Shown: one piece after another, positions 1-13,999 of the stretch
How positions within the stretch are numbered: position 1 is the first letter of the stretch
How the letters are laid out: every line of letters starts with the position of its first letter
NCBI GenBank assembly: GCA_013265495.1
Contig: MU057984.1
Span: 372,001 to 436,000 of the forward strand
DNA from: Vicugna vicugna
Taxonomy: Eukaryota
Reading direction: 5' to 3'
Length of the DNA stretch: 64,000 nt
Notes under the pieces: model-generated
What the model was told of the DNA's origin: nothing
Database searches by the model: none
The model's input: the letters and a program-made list of their open reading frames with translations, nothing else
Position numbers and translations under genes: made by a program

Positions 1-4
1 TCAC

Positions 5-197
5 CTTTTTGACAGTTTTTCCAAATAACATGTCTGGAATTCTCATAATTCGTGTTCATCCAACTAAGTAGAATCCTTTCAGAATTAGAATAGATGTTGC
101 TGGATACAAAACAAGGATTGACTTTTGGTGAATTCTGCACATGTATAGGGGGCAGATTATTGATGCTGTGTGGTACAACCCGGGATAGTACCAGAAC
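5..197 (-). CDS. CFAP47: CFAP47 internal coding exon H (193 nt, phase 0 to 1), entering the calponin-homology region
   Basis: tttcag|GTTCTG ... AAAAAG|gtga. Encodes VLVLSRVVPHSINNLPPIHVQNSPKVNPCFVSSNIYSNSERILLSWMNTNYENSRHVIWKNCQK. ERILLSWMN resembles the first helix of a CH domain. Confidence 0.92.
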
Positions 198-461
198 CTG
201 AAATTTGGGTAAAAGAGAGAGAGAACTTTTACTAGACCTGAATGGCAAAATAAAAATTAGTATTTCAGGAGTAAATGGAAAATATGACTGGTAGATAAAT
301 AAACTAAGGCATCAGTATTTTCTGGTTGATTATATCTTTTCAAGAGTAAAAGAATAGTTCATATGACCCCTTAAGGCTCATTTTAAATTCCCAACCTTTT
401 GCTTCTATATAGCATCTAGTCTGTACGTAACCACATTATATAATTTACAAGAAGAAGCTTA

Positions 462-1396
462 TGACCTAAGGGTTCTGGCCACCAATTCCCAATGTGAATT
501 GTGTGGAAGGGTGGCTGGGGGGAGGTTTCCTCAGCACCAGCTGGATCTTACAATTTAACTCAACTCTGATACTGTCTATGCAGAGGTAGCATCAGATTCC
601 ACAGGTTAAGAGCTCTGTCCCAGAAGACCATCCTCCACTTTAGATGACAATCACAAGCCCAGGTTGCTACCTCTGCTTCTGACCAATGGGCTATCCACTG
701 GAGGTTCCAAGGACCCCTTCCTTGCGTTCAATTAATTAATTTCAGGAAACTCTTCTACTCATTAGGTTACTGGGTTATTACAAAGGATATTAAAAGATAG
801 GAATCAACAGCCAGATACAGAGATACACAAGGTGAGACACTGAGAAAAGGAGCTTCTGTCCTTGTGGAGTCTGGGGCCCAGCATGGTGGCATATGGAAGC
901 ATTCTGGTTCTTTAACCTGGAAGCTCTCTCTGAACCCCCTCCTTTTGTGTTTTTATGGAGGCTCCATTACAAAAACATGACTGGACTCACTGGACATTGG
1001 TGATTGATTCAAGCTCTAGAACCTAACCCCTACCTGGATCAGGAAGTGGGAATGAAAGTTCCAAATATTCTATTCTTTATTGGTTCGCCTGGCAACCAGT
1101 CCCCATCTTTAGGTACTTTCCAAAAGTCACTTTATTAACATAAACTCCATTATGGTGGAAAGGAGATCCTCATGAATAACCAGAAACCCATGCCACTTTT
1201 ATGGTTCTTAAGGGATTTCCAGAACTGAGGAACAGACCAAATAAAGGATACTCCCTTTGCTATTATCACTCAGGAGATTTCAAGGGTTGTGGAAGCTGTA
1301 TGTCAGGAACCGTGGACAAAGACCAAACATATATAAGAAATATATTTTGGTCATATGATGACCAAATATGTATTTCTTATAAATCATAATATCGCA
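462..1396 (-). mobile_element. Solo LTR, MER21-like
   Basis: Ends ...atttcttataaatcataatatcgca, the reverse complement of the MER21-type start TGYGATATTRTGATTTATAA. Homologous along its length to 4121-5072. Confidence 0.7.
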
Positions 1397-1779
1397 TTAT
1401 CTAATTTGAAAAAAGTAACTGATTTAAGGACAGTTTTTTTTAAAATGCCATTTCATTTAAAACACAAAGCTCTGAAATTCCTTATTCTTTTCTAGCATAT
1501 GTAACTTATAAAAGAAAAATTCAGAAAATCAAAGTAATAAGTTATCAAGTCACATTAATTTTGATATTGATATTTATTTAATAGGTCTGTTTTTAAGATG
1601 ACAAAAATATATACAATTTCTACTTTGGCATATTTTTACCCTATATCATAGAATTTGGTATCTTTATGCCATCGAACCAGTCACTACATATACAACACAT
1701 GTTTGATTATGAAGGTATGTATCTGATTTAAAAATAATTAAGCATCATTAAGATTAAGTAAAGAAATCTGTGTCTGGTC

Positions 1780-1995
1780 AGCAGTGTACTATAGCACAGA
1801 ACTACTGAAAAGTGTTGCTGTACTATTAGATCCCATCCAGAACCTACATATATGCATTAAGACTTTCTCAATGAAGGAGTCAGAGCATTTGGTTAACATT
1901 ACAGTACAAACTCAGCTCCTTGGTTCATCCCAAACCTGTGACAGATTGTTCTCCAATGGCACTGGTGTGAAGACCACAATCTGAGTGATGTGCTT
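1780..1995. mobile_element. Degenerate MER5-like hAT DNA transposon
   Basis: Contains MER5-like motifs (agaactactgaaa, ccagacctac, catttggttaaca). Confidence 0.35.
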
Positions 1996-2039
1996 TAGAG
2001 ATACTGTCAGTACCCTGACCATATCTCTTCAGCATTCAC

Positions 2040-2462
2040 CTCCCATTCTGACGGCTACTCATCTACCTACTTTGTAGGTAACGACCTATAAATCTCTGCT
2101 GGAGAGCTTTTTAATTCTGGTACATGGGAGTACACTCAGCCAGGAGTGCCATATGATTAATGACCCTAGAAGCATCCCTCTACCAATGATGGTCAGGGAA
2201 TTGGTAGATAAATACTCCAGCTTCCTCATCATTCCATTGGGATAAATCTGAGACTTACTCTTCGATGCTCTTACAGATCCCCAGTCAGACTAAGCCTCAG
2301 TTGCCCACAGTGGAACCTGTTTGAAACTATATCTGTTACTGGCTTCCTTATATTCTCTGATTCAGTTCCCTACTTTAATACCCATGCTTCTAAGGAATAC
2401 CTCTCAAATAAACTACTTGGACTCCAACCTTGTCTGCATCTACTTCTTGGAGAATGCAATCT
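2040..2462 (+). mobile_element. Old ERVL LTR (LTR16-like)
   Basis: 3' end aataaactacttggactccaaccttgtctgcatctacttcttggagaa resembles LTR16-type ends. Confidence 0.5.
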
Positions 2463-2652
2463 GTGGCAAGTACTTTCATAGTCAAGAAAATGTTAATTTT
2501 AACTTTGGAAAAAAAATGCTCATTTCCTCACACATTTCTATACTATGTAGTGTTCCAAATGACTATAGCTTAACAATTACTGTTGTGCCAGAATTGTTCT
2601 TAACTTTGCCATTATGAGAACCATTTAAAAATTTCACAAAAAAATCCATTTC

Positions 2653-3416
2653 CAGAGAAAAGGGAACCCTCCTACACTAATAGTGAGAATGTAAATTGGT
2701 GTAGCCAGTATGGGAAACATTATGGAGATTTCTTAAAAAACTAAAGACAGAGTTGCCATATGATCCAGCATTCCCACTCCTGGGCATAAATCCATAGAAT
2801 ATTCTAATTTAAAAAGATACATGCACCCCAATGTTCACAGCAGTGCTATTTACAATAGCCAAGATACGGAAGCGACCTAAATGTCCATCAACAGATGACC
2901 AGATAAAGAAACTGTGGTATATTCATACAATGGAATACTACTCAGCCATAAAAAACAATAAAATAATGCCATCCACAGCAACATGGATGGATCTAGATAT
3001 TGTCATTCTAAATGAAGTAAGCCAGAAAGACAAAGAGAAATACCATATGATATCACTTATATGTGGAATCTAAAAAAAGGAAAAAAAAGACACAAATGAA
3101 CTTATTTACAAAACAGAGACAGACTCACAGACATAGAAAACAAACTTGTGGTTATCAGGGGAGAAAGGGGGAGGGGAGGGATAAACTGAGAGCTTGGGAT
3201 TTGTAGATACTAACTACTATATATAAAACAGATAAACAACAAGATCCTACTATATAGCACAGGGAACTACATTCAATACCTTGTAATGGCCTATAATGAA
3301 AAAAAATATGAAAAGAAAAGGAATATATATATATATATGGAATATGTATATATAAATGAATCATATGCTGTACACCAGAAATTAACACAATATTATAAAT
3401 TGACTATACTTCAATA
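2653..3416 (+). mobile_element. 5'-truncated LINE-1 (ORF2 C-terminus and 3'UTR)
   Basis: ORF 2831..3073 MFTAVLFTIAK...MISLICGI is the L1 ORF2 end. A-rich tail. 15-bp TSD aaaaaaatccatttc at 2638-2652 and 3417-3431. Confidence 0.95.
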
Positions 3417-4120
3417 AAAAAAATCCATTTCTAAGTTTTGGATATTAAACTGGCATATGTCTAAATAAGAACAGTCATTTATAAATGTGAATTGCATCCT
3501 TTAAACATTTTTGATAGAAGTGTAACAAAACTTCTTCTTTCTGGAAGTTATGTGATCCAGAGTTCCTAGGCTTCAGATGACATATTCTATAATAATGCAA
3601 TTAAAAGCCTTTGAAAAGGACCCTTTACCCTTTCTCAGGGATCACCAAATGATGAATCATCTGAGTATAGCTGAGATAAATGTTTGGGGCTAATAACCTG
3701 AATTGGCTCAGGATTCATCTGTCATCTCTTACCTCCACTCTGCAAATGAGACAAGATCTACAAGTGATCCTTGACTTCAAATATGGATTTAATTATGGAC
3801 CCACAGAGAGGATGGGTATGACCTTTAACACAAGAAGAGGCACCACCCTGAGTCCTTAGCTCTACAGCAGTGATTCACAAACTACCAGTGGTGAAAGATC
3901 TGTTTGTTTTCACTCTGCTATAAAATCCTAATTTTGTAAAATATTCTAAAGATAAATTCCTAGGAAAATAAAATGAAAAATAAACCATGCAAAATACAAC
4001 TCTATCACATGGAAACCCTAAACCACTATGTGCAAGAAGTGTTACTGTTTTTTACTTAACATACAATCCACACAAAGTACTTCAAAGACTCAAAAATAAC
4101 AATGACAAAACTGCTAATAG

Positions 4121-5072
4121 TATATCTTTGGGTTCTGAACCCAATTTCAATGTGTGGAGGGAGAAGGATTTCCCTGCACAAATAAGCAGTTCTCAGACAC
4201 TGGCAGGGGTATTCTACAATTCAGCTCAATTTTGACATTACCTAGTTGGAGGTAGTTTCAGATCCCACAGGTCAAGGGTGCAGTCCTACAAGACTGCTGT
4301 CCCCTCACTCCCCACCCCTGCACTCACTTCAAATACCAAGTGCAAGGCCAAGCTGTTACCTCTGCTTCTGACCTTCTGGCTATCCACTGAAGGTTCCAAT
4401 AATTCCCTCCTTGGCAACTCCATTCAGATGCCAGTCAAAAGTCTAGGTTGTTATGTACACTTCTGACAAACTAGCTAAAACTCAGAGGTTCCCATGACTA
4501 CTTCCTTGGGTTCAATTAATCTGCTAGAGCACCTCACAGAACCCAGAGAAACAATTTACTTACTAGATGACCAGTTTATTATACAAGGATATAATTCTGG
4601 AACAGCCAACTGGAAGAGATGCTTAGGGCAAGGTACACAGGAAAGGGCAAGGAGTTTCCATGCCTTAAGACTCCAGGTGCACCAGTCTCACCAATCTTCA
4701 CATGTTCATTAACCTGGAAGCTCTCTGAACCCTGTCCTTTTGTGGGTGTTTATGGAAACTTCATTACACAGCCACAATGGATTTAATTACAGACCACTGG
4801 CAAATGATTCAACCTCCAGCCCCTTTCCTTCCTAGAACATCAGGGGATGGGTATGAAAGTTTCAACTCTCTAATCACATGATTGGTTCCTCTGCTGGCCA
4901 GCCCTAGTCCTTAGGTGACCCAGGGGCTTTCCAAAAGTCACATCATTAACCTAATAAAAGACACCTTCATCGCCTTCATTACTTAAGAAATTCTGAAGGT
5001 TTTAGGAGCTCTGTGCCAGAAATGGGAACAAAGATCAAATTTTTATTTCTCATTATAAATCACAACATCGCA
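4121..5072 (-). mobile_element. Solo LTR, MER21-like
   Basis: Ends ...attataaatcacaacatcgca. Shares blocks with 462-1396 (aacctggaagctctctgaaccc, tttccaaaagtcac). Confidence 0.7.
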
Positions 5073-5552
5073 GGATATAATTACATATACGGAGTGCTAT
5101 CCAACCACTGTCATATGTACTTCCAATCCACATGACTTTCAACACTACATTTGGCTTATTGTTTTTCAACGACAGATTTTTTAAATTACGTGTTATTTAA
5201 CCTGTTTCGCCAATTGGCTTAGAAAACAGATGACAATTTTCATCTTATCACTGCCCATAAAAATATCTGGATTTTCTTATTTAGGTAATTTGATTTGTTC
5301 TCAAGAATGTTCTTGAACAGGCCAATGCTGATAAGAAGGAAAGAATCAATAGCCAGTTTATGATCAATCTTTTAGACTCAGGGATGCCTGGTGGTTTAAC
5401 ACTTGGTTGGTGTCTCTACTCCACGAACTCAGGGAACTTATAGGAGTATACCAGATCCTAGATAACAGAGAATTCAGTTGAGGACTGTGTACTGGACCAA
5501 GCACCCATACCTCATTTTCAAGATTTTGTATTAGGTAATGAATGATTGGTCA

Positions 5553-6006
5553 TGACGGGGAGTATCACTCCAAAACGTGCTACTTTGGCATGAGGATTGT
5601 TTTGATCTGAAGGTAAATGAGATCCAGCAAACTCAGGAAAAGCTTTTTACCTCTCCCTTAACTGCCTAAAAGATTTTAGATAGAAGGCCTGTACCAGGAA
5701 GAGAGCTATGACCAGCAATAACTTTTTATATCAGAAAGAATTATCTCCATGGCAGGGCAAACATTTATTTACCAAACACTTGTTCTTTCCATCTTCTTGT
5801 GAATTTTCTTCCTCTTCTTGGAAGTCCCAGGCCCTTAGCCACTTCCCCTTAGCTCAGGATGGTATATAAGCCTCAATTGCTTGACTGTCTCATATTCTTA
5901 TGGGGCTTCCATATGTATGTAACTCATTTTTCTCCTGTCTTATGTCAATTTAATTATTAGACCAGCTAAAGAAACGCAGAAGAAGGATAAATCTTCTACC
6001 CCTACA
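5553..6006 (+). mobile_element. ERV1 solo LTR, MER34-like
   Basis: TG...CA ends, start motif ccaaaacgtgctactttggcatgaggatt, TATA-like ggtatataag, near 4-bp TSD gtca/ctca. Confidence 0.75.
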
Positions 6007-8149
6007 CTCATTACCCTAAGTGTGTTGTATGAGTAGAAAATTGAAAGGACCTCAGACTGAAAGGTTTCCCTGAATTGAAACGGTCCATGCCCAATAGGCT
6101 CCATCTTCATGTATATTTCCGATTTGAGTGTGGAGTGCGTGGGACACTGGAAGCTATGCTCTGAGTGATGAGCCTTCCACTTAGCTGTTGCGCATTGTCA
6201 GTCGTTACCTAGTTTGTATACTTCCTTAAAGCTAAATTAACATGTTGCTATGCGAAGTCTAGTGTATTTAACACTTTCAATTGTCAAACCAAACCCAAGG
6301 CCATGCTGCTGGTGAAATGAAGCAGGCCCTCCATGACTGGCTATGCAAAAGACATTTCCAAGGCATTAGCAGTAAGTTAGCAATGGACTGAGTTTTCTCA
6401 CAGTCTTTGTGACAAATGGAGGGAAACATCCTTGAAGGATTGAAAGGATGTGGGCATCCTTAAATATGGGTGAAAAGTAGATTTTAAAATATCACATCTA
6501 CTATGGATTTTTATTGTGCTACAATAAAGATGAAAATCAGAGGTCACGCAGTAACAACTCACCTATCCAAATCTCAGCTATGTTTGAAAATCTCGTGCAG
6601 ACAAGACAGCAAGTACATAATGCATATGTAAATGTTCTGAGCTACAGTCTGTAAAGTCTCAAAGTCTACATTACTTTTTCCCCACTTATAAAAAGCTGTG
6701 CACTTTAAGTCAGTGCCTATTTGCTTTGATTTTACAGAAAAATGTAATAAGCTTGGATGTCTAGTATCTTAGGCCACAAAAAAATTATAAGTAACAAGAA
6801 AAGAAGCTACTATAAGCACGTGTATTGATAACAGTCATAAAAAGTGAGAGGATATAGTCATATGACAAATGGATAAAGAAACAAAACTATTAAAAGCTAA
6901 AAAATCATCTAGCATCTGAGCACCATTTAGAGGAGAAATAGGTCTGTATACAGTTCTGTGGTCACCACTGTACAGGATACTGAGGTCACAAAAATGTTTC
7001 AAACACAAACTATTTTCTATTTAATAGGAAAAAAGGTTTATGTCTACTCCTTTATTCAATTACTATGCATTGAGTGCATAATAAAAAGCCAGTTACTGTG
7101 CTTAGAAATAGGGACATGACAATACAACAATGCAATCTGTAGTTCAAGTGTATTTAGAAAAATATTTAATCCTGAATGGTTGAATTTCAAAATATTATAA
7201 AAGGTAAAGTGTAAAAAGTAGAATGAAAAAAAATGCTACCAAATTTAACTCCTTTCCAAAGTATCTAAAAACAAGGTTGTAACACACCTGCATTTAAAAT
7301 GTTTTTGCCTGATCTAAAATTCAAGCTGTTTTTCCACCAAGAAATTATTCTTATAGTTTTAGACTATGTTGAAAGAAAATATTTTAAAAATAATATTGGT
7401 GTCATAGTGAACAAACAGAATGACAATGAAAAATGTGAAGCACCGCCCCTTAAAAAAAACTGAGTAATATGTAGATCATGACATGGGCTCGAATTTTAAT
7501 TTTACTAATCTGTTATGAGATCACAGAGTGTTCCAAATTATGTACATGTAGTAAATCTTAATTCAAAAATTTATCTGAAAAAGGTACACTTATTTTAAGT
7601 AGGAATCAGCAAGAGTCAGGTAAGATTTAACTTTTAGAAGCTTTCATTTCCATTAATAGATTAAGTGGAAGGATATAATAAACATTGTTCAAATAGATCA
7701 TAAATGTTTATCATCATAACAAAACTTCTTGTCATTCTTAAGTCTAAATATCATTGGGATCACAAATCTGTTGTAGCAAATACAATTTAATTCCATAGGA
7801 TAAGAATTACAAAAAAGAAAATAATAAATATTTTTTAAAAAGAAAGGAAGAGAGAAAGAACTTTTTAAAAAGCATTCAAGCTTGTTCATCAACAGATCCT
7901 ATTCAAGAAGACCAGAAAGGAAGTGATTCTGGGGAGAAGGTGTAAGTTTCCGCTTAGAGGTAGAGAGAAAGCTCTAAGAAGATACTGAGGCTACAGGGGG
8001 AGCTTTCTGGTGGTAAATGACACAGCATCAGTCTAATCTCAGCTCCAAAGCAACATCATCCACAGAGTCACTGCCAGGGGTTCCAAGAAACCTGAGATGT
8101 ACCTGATCCTTATTGGAAGATGAAGTCTGCAGGCCCAGAAATCCCTGTG

Positions 8150-8900
8150 TTCTTATCTTCTCACTCCCATTATTCACAGTGGCTCCTGGCTCCTTAATCA
8201 CTTTATTGAACCCATTCCCTCTCAGCCTATATGCTAGTTTTTCTGAGTAAATCCCTCATCTCTATTTCAAAGAGCAAAAGGATGACATCTTACTGAACAC
8301 TTCAAGTGTCCTACCACGTATCTAAAAGTTCTTGCATTTGCACTCACTTTCCTTACTTCTCTACAGCCACAATGGATGAGCTGTCCCTTCTCTTGAACTA
8401 GATACCAGGCTTTTTCATCTTCTTTGTTAAAATCCTGCATCAGTTACTTTTTTGGCTTTTGGATTTTCGCTTCTCCCTCTGACCAATTCCTTTTCAGCAA
8501 TATCAAAACATGCTCACTTATACTCAGCTTTTAGAGAGTTCTCCCCAAATTGGATTCCCCTGGATTCTTTTATCTGGTCCCTCTATCAGTTACAACTCTT
8601 AAGAAATTTTCGACCCTCACTGTCTCCACCTTCTTTCATTCATTTGTTCATCAAACCAAGGCCCAACTAATGACCTTCTCCAACTCATCACTACCAATGT
8701 GCCCAGAAAGTCTTCCAAGCATCTTTGTTGTCCAAAAATCAAGGGAATGTCTAAGCATTAACTTAAGCAACCTCTCAATTTCATCTTATACTGTTAACTG
8801 TGTCCTCCCTCAAAGGCTCTCTTTCCTACTTGTTCATGATACCATAAAGTGTTACTTCTATCTTTTGGCCTATTTCAGGTTTATTTGCAGGATTCTCTTC
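8150..8900 (+). mobile_element. LINE-2 fragment
   Basis: Pyrimidine-rich degenerate sequence resembling the L2 ORF region. Confidence 0.5.
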
Positions 8901-8902
8901 TT

Positions 8903-10422
8903 TCCTAAAATTTACATGGAACCAGAGAAGACCCAGAATTGCCAAAGCAATCCTGGGGAAAAAGAACAAAGCTGGAGGCATAACCCTCTCAGACTTCAGA
9001 TAATACTACAAAGCTACAATAATAAAAACAGCATGGTAAAGGCACAAAAACAGATATAGGGATCAATGGAATAGAACAGAAAGCCCACAAATAAACACAC
9101 ATACCTACAGTCAATTAATCTTCAACAAAGGAGACAAGAATATACAATGGAGAAAAGACAATCTCTTCAGCAAGTGGTGTTGCGAAATGTGGACAGCAGC
9201 ATGTAAATCAATGAAGTAAGAACACTCCCTCACACCATATACAAAAATAAACTCAAAATGGCTTAAATATTTAAACATAAGACATGACACAATAAAACTC
9301 ATAGAAGAGAACATAGGCGAAACATTCTGACATAAATTTTAGCAATGTTTTCTTGGGTCAGTCTCCCAAGCCAAAAGAAATAAAAGCAAAAATAAGCAAA
9401 TGGGATTTAATTAAACTTAAAGCTTTTCACAGCAAAGGAAATCACAACCAAAACAAAAGGACAATCTACGGAATGGGAGAAAATATTTGCAAGCTGTGTG
9501 ACCAAAAAGGGGTTAATTTTCAAAACATACAAACAGCTCATAAAACTTAATATCAAAAAAAAAAACCCAATCAAAATATTGGTAGAAGACTTAAATAGAC
9601 ATTTCTCCAAAGAAGACATACAGATGGCCAACAGGCACATTAAAAGACACACAACACTGCTAATTACTAGAGAAATACAAATCAAAACTACAGTGAGGTG
9701 TCACCTCACATCAGTCAGAACGGCCATCATCAAAAAGCCTACAAATAAAAAATGCTGGAGAGGGTGTGAAGAAAACAGAACCCTCCTACACTTTTGTTGG
9801 GAATGTAAGTTCATACAGCCAGTGTGGAAATTCCTTAAAAAACTAAAAATACAGCTACTATATGATCCAGCAATCCCACTCCTAGGCATATATCTAGAGG
9901 AAACTCTAATTAAAAAAGATACATGCACCCCAATGTTCATAGCAGCACTATTTATAATAGCTAAGACATAGAAGCAACCTAAGTGTCCATCAACAGATGC
10001 CTGGATAAAGAAGATGTGGTATATTTATACAAGGAACATAATAAAATATTACTCAGCTATAAAAAAGAATGAAATCTTGCCATTTGCAGCAACATGGATA
10101 AACAGGGCATCATACTAAGTGAAATAAGTCAGGGAAAGACAAACATTACATGATATCACTTATACATGCACTGTAAAAAAATAATATAAATGAATTTATT
10201 TACAAAACAGAAGCAGACTCAAAGACATAGAAAACAAACTTATGGTTACCAAAGGAATCAGGGGTGGGGGGAGAGGGATAAATTAGAAGCCTGTGATTAA
10301 CAAATACACACTATTATATATAAAACAGATAAACAACAAGGATTTACTGTATAGCAAAGGGAACTATATTCAATATCTTGTAATAACCTATAATGGAAAA
10401 GAAGTTGAAATGTACATATAAA

Positions 10423-10463
<41 letters not shown>

Positions 10464-10530
10464 GAATCACTTTGCTCTACACCTGAAACTAATGTAATAT
10501 TGTAAATCAACTATACTTCAATTAAAAATA
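8903..10530 (+). mobile_element. 5'-truncated LINE-1 (3' part of ORF2 and 3'UTR)
   Basis: Frameshifted ORF2 fragments ([38 protein letters not shown]), 3'UTR with (TA)n and tail caattaaaaataaa. No TSD found. Confidence 0.95.
10426..10461. repeat. (TA)n microsatellite in the L1 3'UTR
   Basis: About 18 perfect AT units. Confidence 0.95.
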
Positions 10531-10662
10531 AAGTATATGGGAGAATGTGTGTAAGTTATATGCAAATACTATGTCATTGTATATAAGGGCCTTGAGCATC
10601 CTCAGATTTTGGTATCTGCAGAGGTCCTGGGACCAATCTCCTTTGGATACCCAGGTGGAGTG
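10531..10662 (-). mobile_element. MER2-like (Tigger family) DNA transposon, one terminus only
   Basis: gttatatgcaaatactatgtcattgtatataagggccttgagcatcctcagattttggtatc...ggaccaatctccttggatac is the reverse complement of the recalled MER2 5' end. Confidence 0.8.
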
Positions 10663-11699
10663 CTTATTTATCACAGATGTACAAAGTGTTATTCACATGT
10701 TCCCTATACATGGTTATATCCAAAAAGATGTTCAACATTTGTTATATCATATGAGAATAATTATTTCCATGCTGCATTCCACTGACATTATGGGACATCC
10801 TGCAAAGCCATTTAATAGAAAAATTTCACCAATTTTTTTGCTTTATGTCCAAACATATTTTATTGGAGCTCCTTTTAAATATTCCTCAGAGATAAAATCC
10901 CTTGTACTATTTTTGTTTGCTTTCCATAGAGGCATGCAATTTTAAATAAAGCTTCAGTAGAATCACTGTTTTGCCTAAATTTAGCACCATATATTCCAGT
11001 TTTATTAAAGGGAGATTTTGAACTGGCTTAGGGAAAATGTGTTTAATTAACCAAAAAGATCACTCACTTCTCTTAAAAAATGTTAAAATATTTGACAGAG
11101 TTATGCCAATGTTAAAAAAAAAACTTTCTGACAGACAATACACTGGGAACAAGTGACTAGACAGTTAAATTAAACTTACTATTCAGATATTTATTTCTGA
11201 TCACCTTTTTCTTTTCCAGATTCTTTCATGAAAATATCACATTTACTTCTTTCAGCTCATTCTGAGTGTGAGTATTTCTGTTATTGTTTTCACCTCCCTT
11301 ATGCTCCAATGCTTCAAAAATGTATTAGCCACTAATACATTTTTGTGAATTGAGAATATAATGCAAGACAATAGCAACAATTAAACATGCAAATTTAACA
11401 AGCAAAAGTAACCACATGACATGAAATCAAATTGGTTGAGACAAGCTATATCCTGTTACCTAAACTATTGGCAAAAAATAACTGACAAAGGCCTTCCTGA
11501 AGTAGAGGCATGACCTCGAGGAAAGAGACAATTAGAATCTAAAAGGATTTGTGTGAAAATCACGATCTTTTATTTATAACTTGTGAAACTCATCTCAACA
11601 TTGCTTATTTTTTTTTTTAAGTGAAAGCATCAATCTACTTCTGATTTAACACGGTCACTAGGGTTAGCCATGCTTTAGACACAATACATGGAGAAACAT

Positions 11700-12850
11700 A
11701 GCTCTACAGATGACCTACTAGGCAACCATCCATGCCTATGAATGTATCATAGAGTCAGTGAAGAATCTCAATCATGTGCTACTGTCCAGATCTCTTTCCT
11801 GCCTAAAGGATCAACCCACTTGTTACAACACAGGCAGCATGATACAGGAGGATCAAAATTAAATTATCATGCCTTTTTGCCTTGTCCCTCCCTCTGCTCC
11901 CCAACAAAATTCTGTTATTATTCCTTTTCCTATATTTCAGTAACTGGAATTAAATTCCACTCAGTCACCCAAGCAGGAAACCCACTGTGATCCTTAACTT
12001 CTCTGTCTCCTTCACTCCCACAAGACCTAGTCATTTACCAAGTCTTACTGAGTTCTACTCCTAATATATATGAAAGCTGCCCCTTTCTCATCTTTCCTAC
12101 TACCATGAGCATTCCTAACACCAGACACTTAAATATATCCCCCAACAATTTCCACACCGTACCAGAGTGATTTCTCTACAATGCAAAGCTGATCATATCA
12201 ACCTTATGTTTAAAACCCTTTAAGACTTCTGTACTGACCTTGTGCTAAAATCCATCAAGTCCAGATTCCTTGGTTTAGCTTATAAAGTCAACCACGATCT
12301 AATTTCTACCTGGGCTCATAGTCTACTCCTCTTACCCCCAGCCACACTGTGTTTATTCCTCAGAATGTACAATGCTTTGTCTAACCTCAGTCATTTCCAC
12401 ATTGAATTCACTGTCTTGAAAAATGTTACTGCCCAACTCCTCAGAAAAACTCATCCACCACCTCTGTCACACAAATTGTACTCTCTTTTTCTCTCTCTAA
12501 CGGATGTCCTCCCTTGCCTGGCAAAATCCCTCTCACTGCTCAGGGCTCAGTTTAAATTCACCTTCTTCCTAGAAATCTGCTCCAAGGCACAGGAAAGTTA
12601 GGTTCCTCTCTATGTGCACTTACCCTTAGTTCTTTGGGCTTACCCTGTCATAGCATTTGTCATGCTTCCTTGTAATTATATATATTTAGTTGCTTATATA
12701 CTCCAGGATACAAAATCTTTGAGGCAACAGACTATATCAATTTACTTTTATACCCCCAGAGCCTAGAATAGTACCTGAACTGTAACAGCTGATCAATAAA
12801 TTCATTCAACAAGTATTTGTTGAGCACCTACTATGTAGCTGACATGCTAT
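11700..12850 (+). mobile_element. LINE-2 3' region followed by a short inverted L2 end
   Basis: L2 3' end gagcctagaatagtacctg...caataaa, followed by ttcattcaacaagtatttgttgagcacctactatgt. Confidence 0.7.
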
Positions 12851-13999
12851 TAAACTCTGAATTTATAAGCGACACTTTGTATCTAAATTCATAGACCTAC
12901 AGGTTGGGGAAGATGAGTGAAATGAACTAGACATATACATGAAAGCATGCATGCGGGAATAAAGGAATGTGTGAGTGAATGAAGCCTCCAAACCAAGATT
13001 AGGACTAGCTTGTCCATAAACCAGGACATTTGCAGCTCTTCTGTTTTGGAGTTGCTCCTCTTTATCAGTAGACAAAATTATATATGACACAGCATGCAGT
13101 TAAGAAAGAAAAGAAGAAAATTATCTTTTCCCAAATCTAAGTTTGGTCAAGAGTCACAAATACTCTCATATATTCTTCTAGGAATTACTCAAGAAATCAC
13201 AAGATTTCTCCTCTTGATACCCAGCAAGAAAGACAGGACAGATTGATGGGGGAAGAAAAGGTGGAAAGGAGGAATAATTAGGAGTCAGGTATCAGAAGGA
13301 ACTCTCCAGAGGGTAGGCTTAGGTGGGTGGATGCGTTGATGGATTTAGACTGGGAGAGGGTGACAATAGGGACCTAGAAACCTGGGCTCCTGGGCCTGAG
13401 CAGAGAATAATGAAGAAGAAATAAGCTTTACCTACATGAGATGATTTTATATCACCAAATCAGGTGACCTTGGAAGAAAGTGTGTATGCATGCAAACCAC
13501 TGCATCCTCATTTCTAAACTGGGGATTACTAATTGTGAAGATTAAACAAGATCACATTTAAATAGCATTGTGTGGCAACAGTCTTACGTATACTACTCAC
13601 TACTTAGTTTTTCATTTTGTCCTTTCCTTTCAACAGCTAATTGCTGCTTCCATCCGACTTCTTTCTCCTTTTAAATCCCTGCCCTACAGCTCACCCTATC
13701 TGTGGCTGCAACCTAAGAGGACAGAGCAAAAGCCTCCATTGGTCTTAGTGGGCAAGGACTACAGGGCCTTATTTGGAAACCTAGGTTATGATTTCCATGA
13801 TTGAAACCAGCTCTTGCTTAAGCAATTAAGATACAGGGTGTGAAGGCACCAATGATTTATGTTAATTTACCCACACAGGCAACTTAACATGAAGCAAATT
13901 GAAGAATCTCATCACTACATGGTCTCATCTACAGTTGTATGATTCCTAGTTAATATCTCTCCAGAATAACTTTATAGCAAGAGTCTACCATGCATTAGA

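Noticed and set aside
462..5072. Two same-orientation MER21-like LTRs as the ends of one provirus
   Set aside because: They differ in structure, share no flanking TSD, and the 2.7 kb between them holds unrelated repeats with no gag/pol-like sequence. Independent solo LTRs are more likely.
7698..7800. Minus-strand cag|ATTTGTGATCCCAAT (ICDPN), reminiscent of a later CFAP47 motif
   Set aside because: A stop follows within three codons, the similarity does not extend, and exons G and H already join in frame.
8550..9059. Longest ORF in the track (169 aa)
   Set aside because: Chance read-through from L2 into an off-frame L1 sequence.
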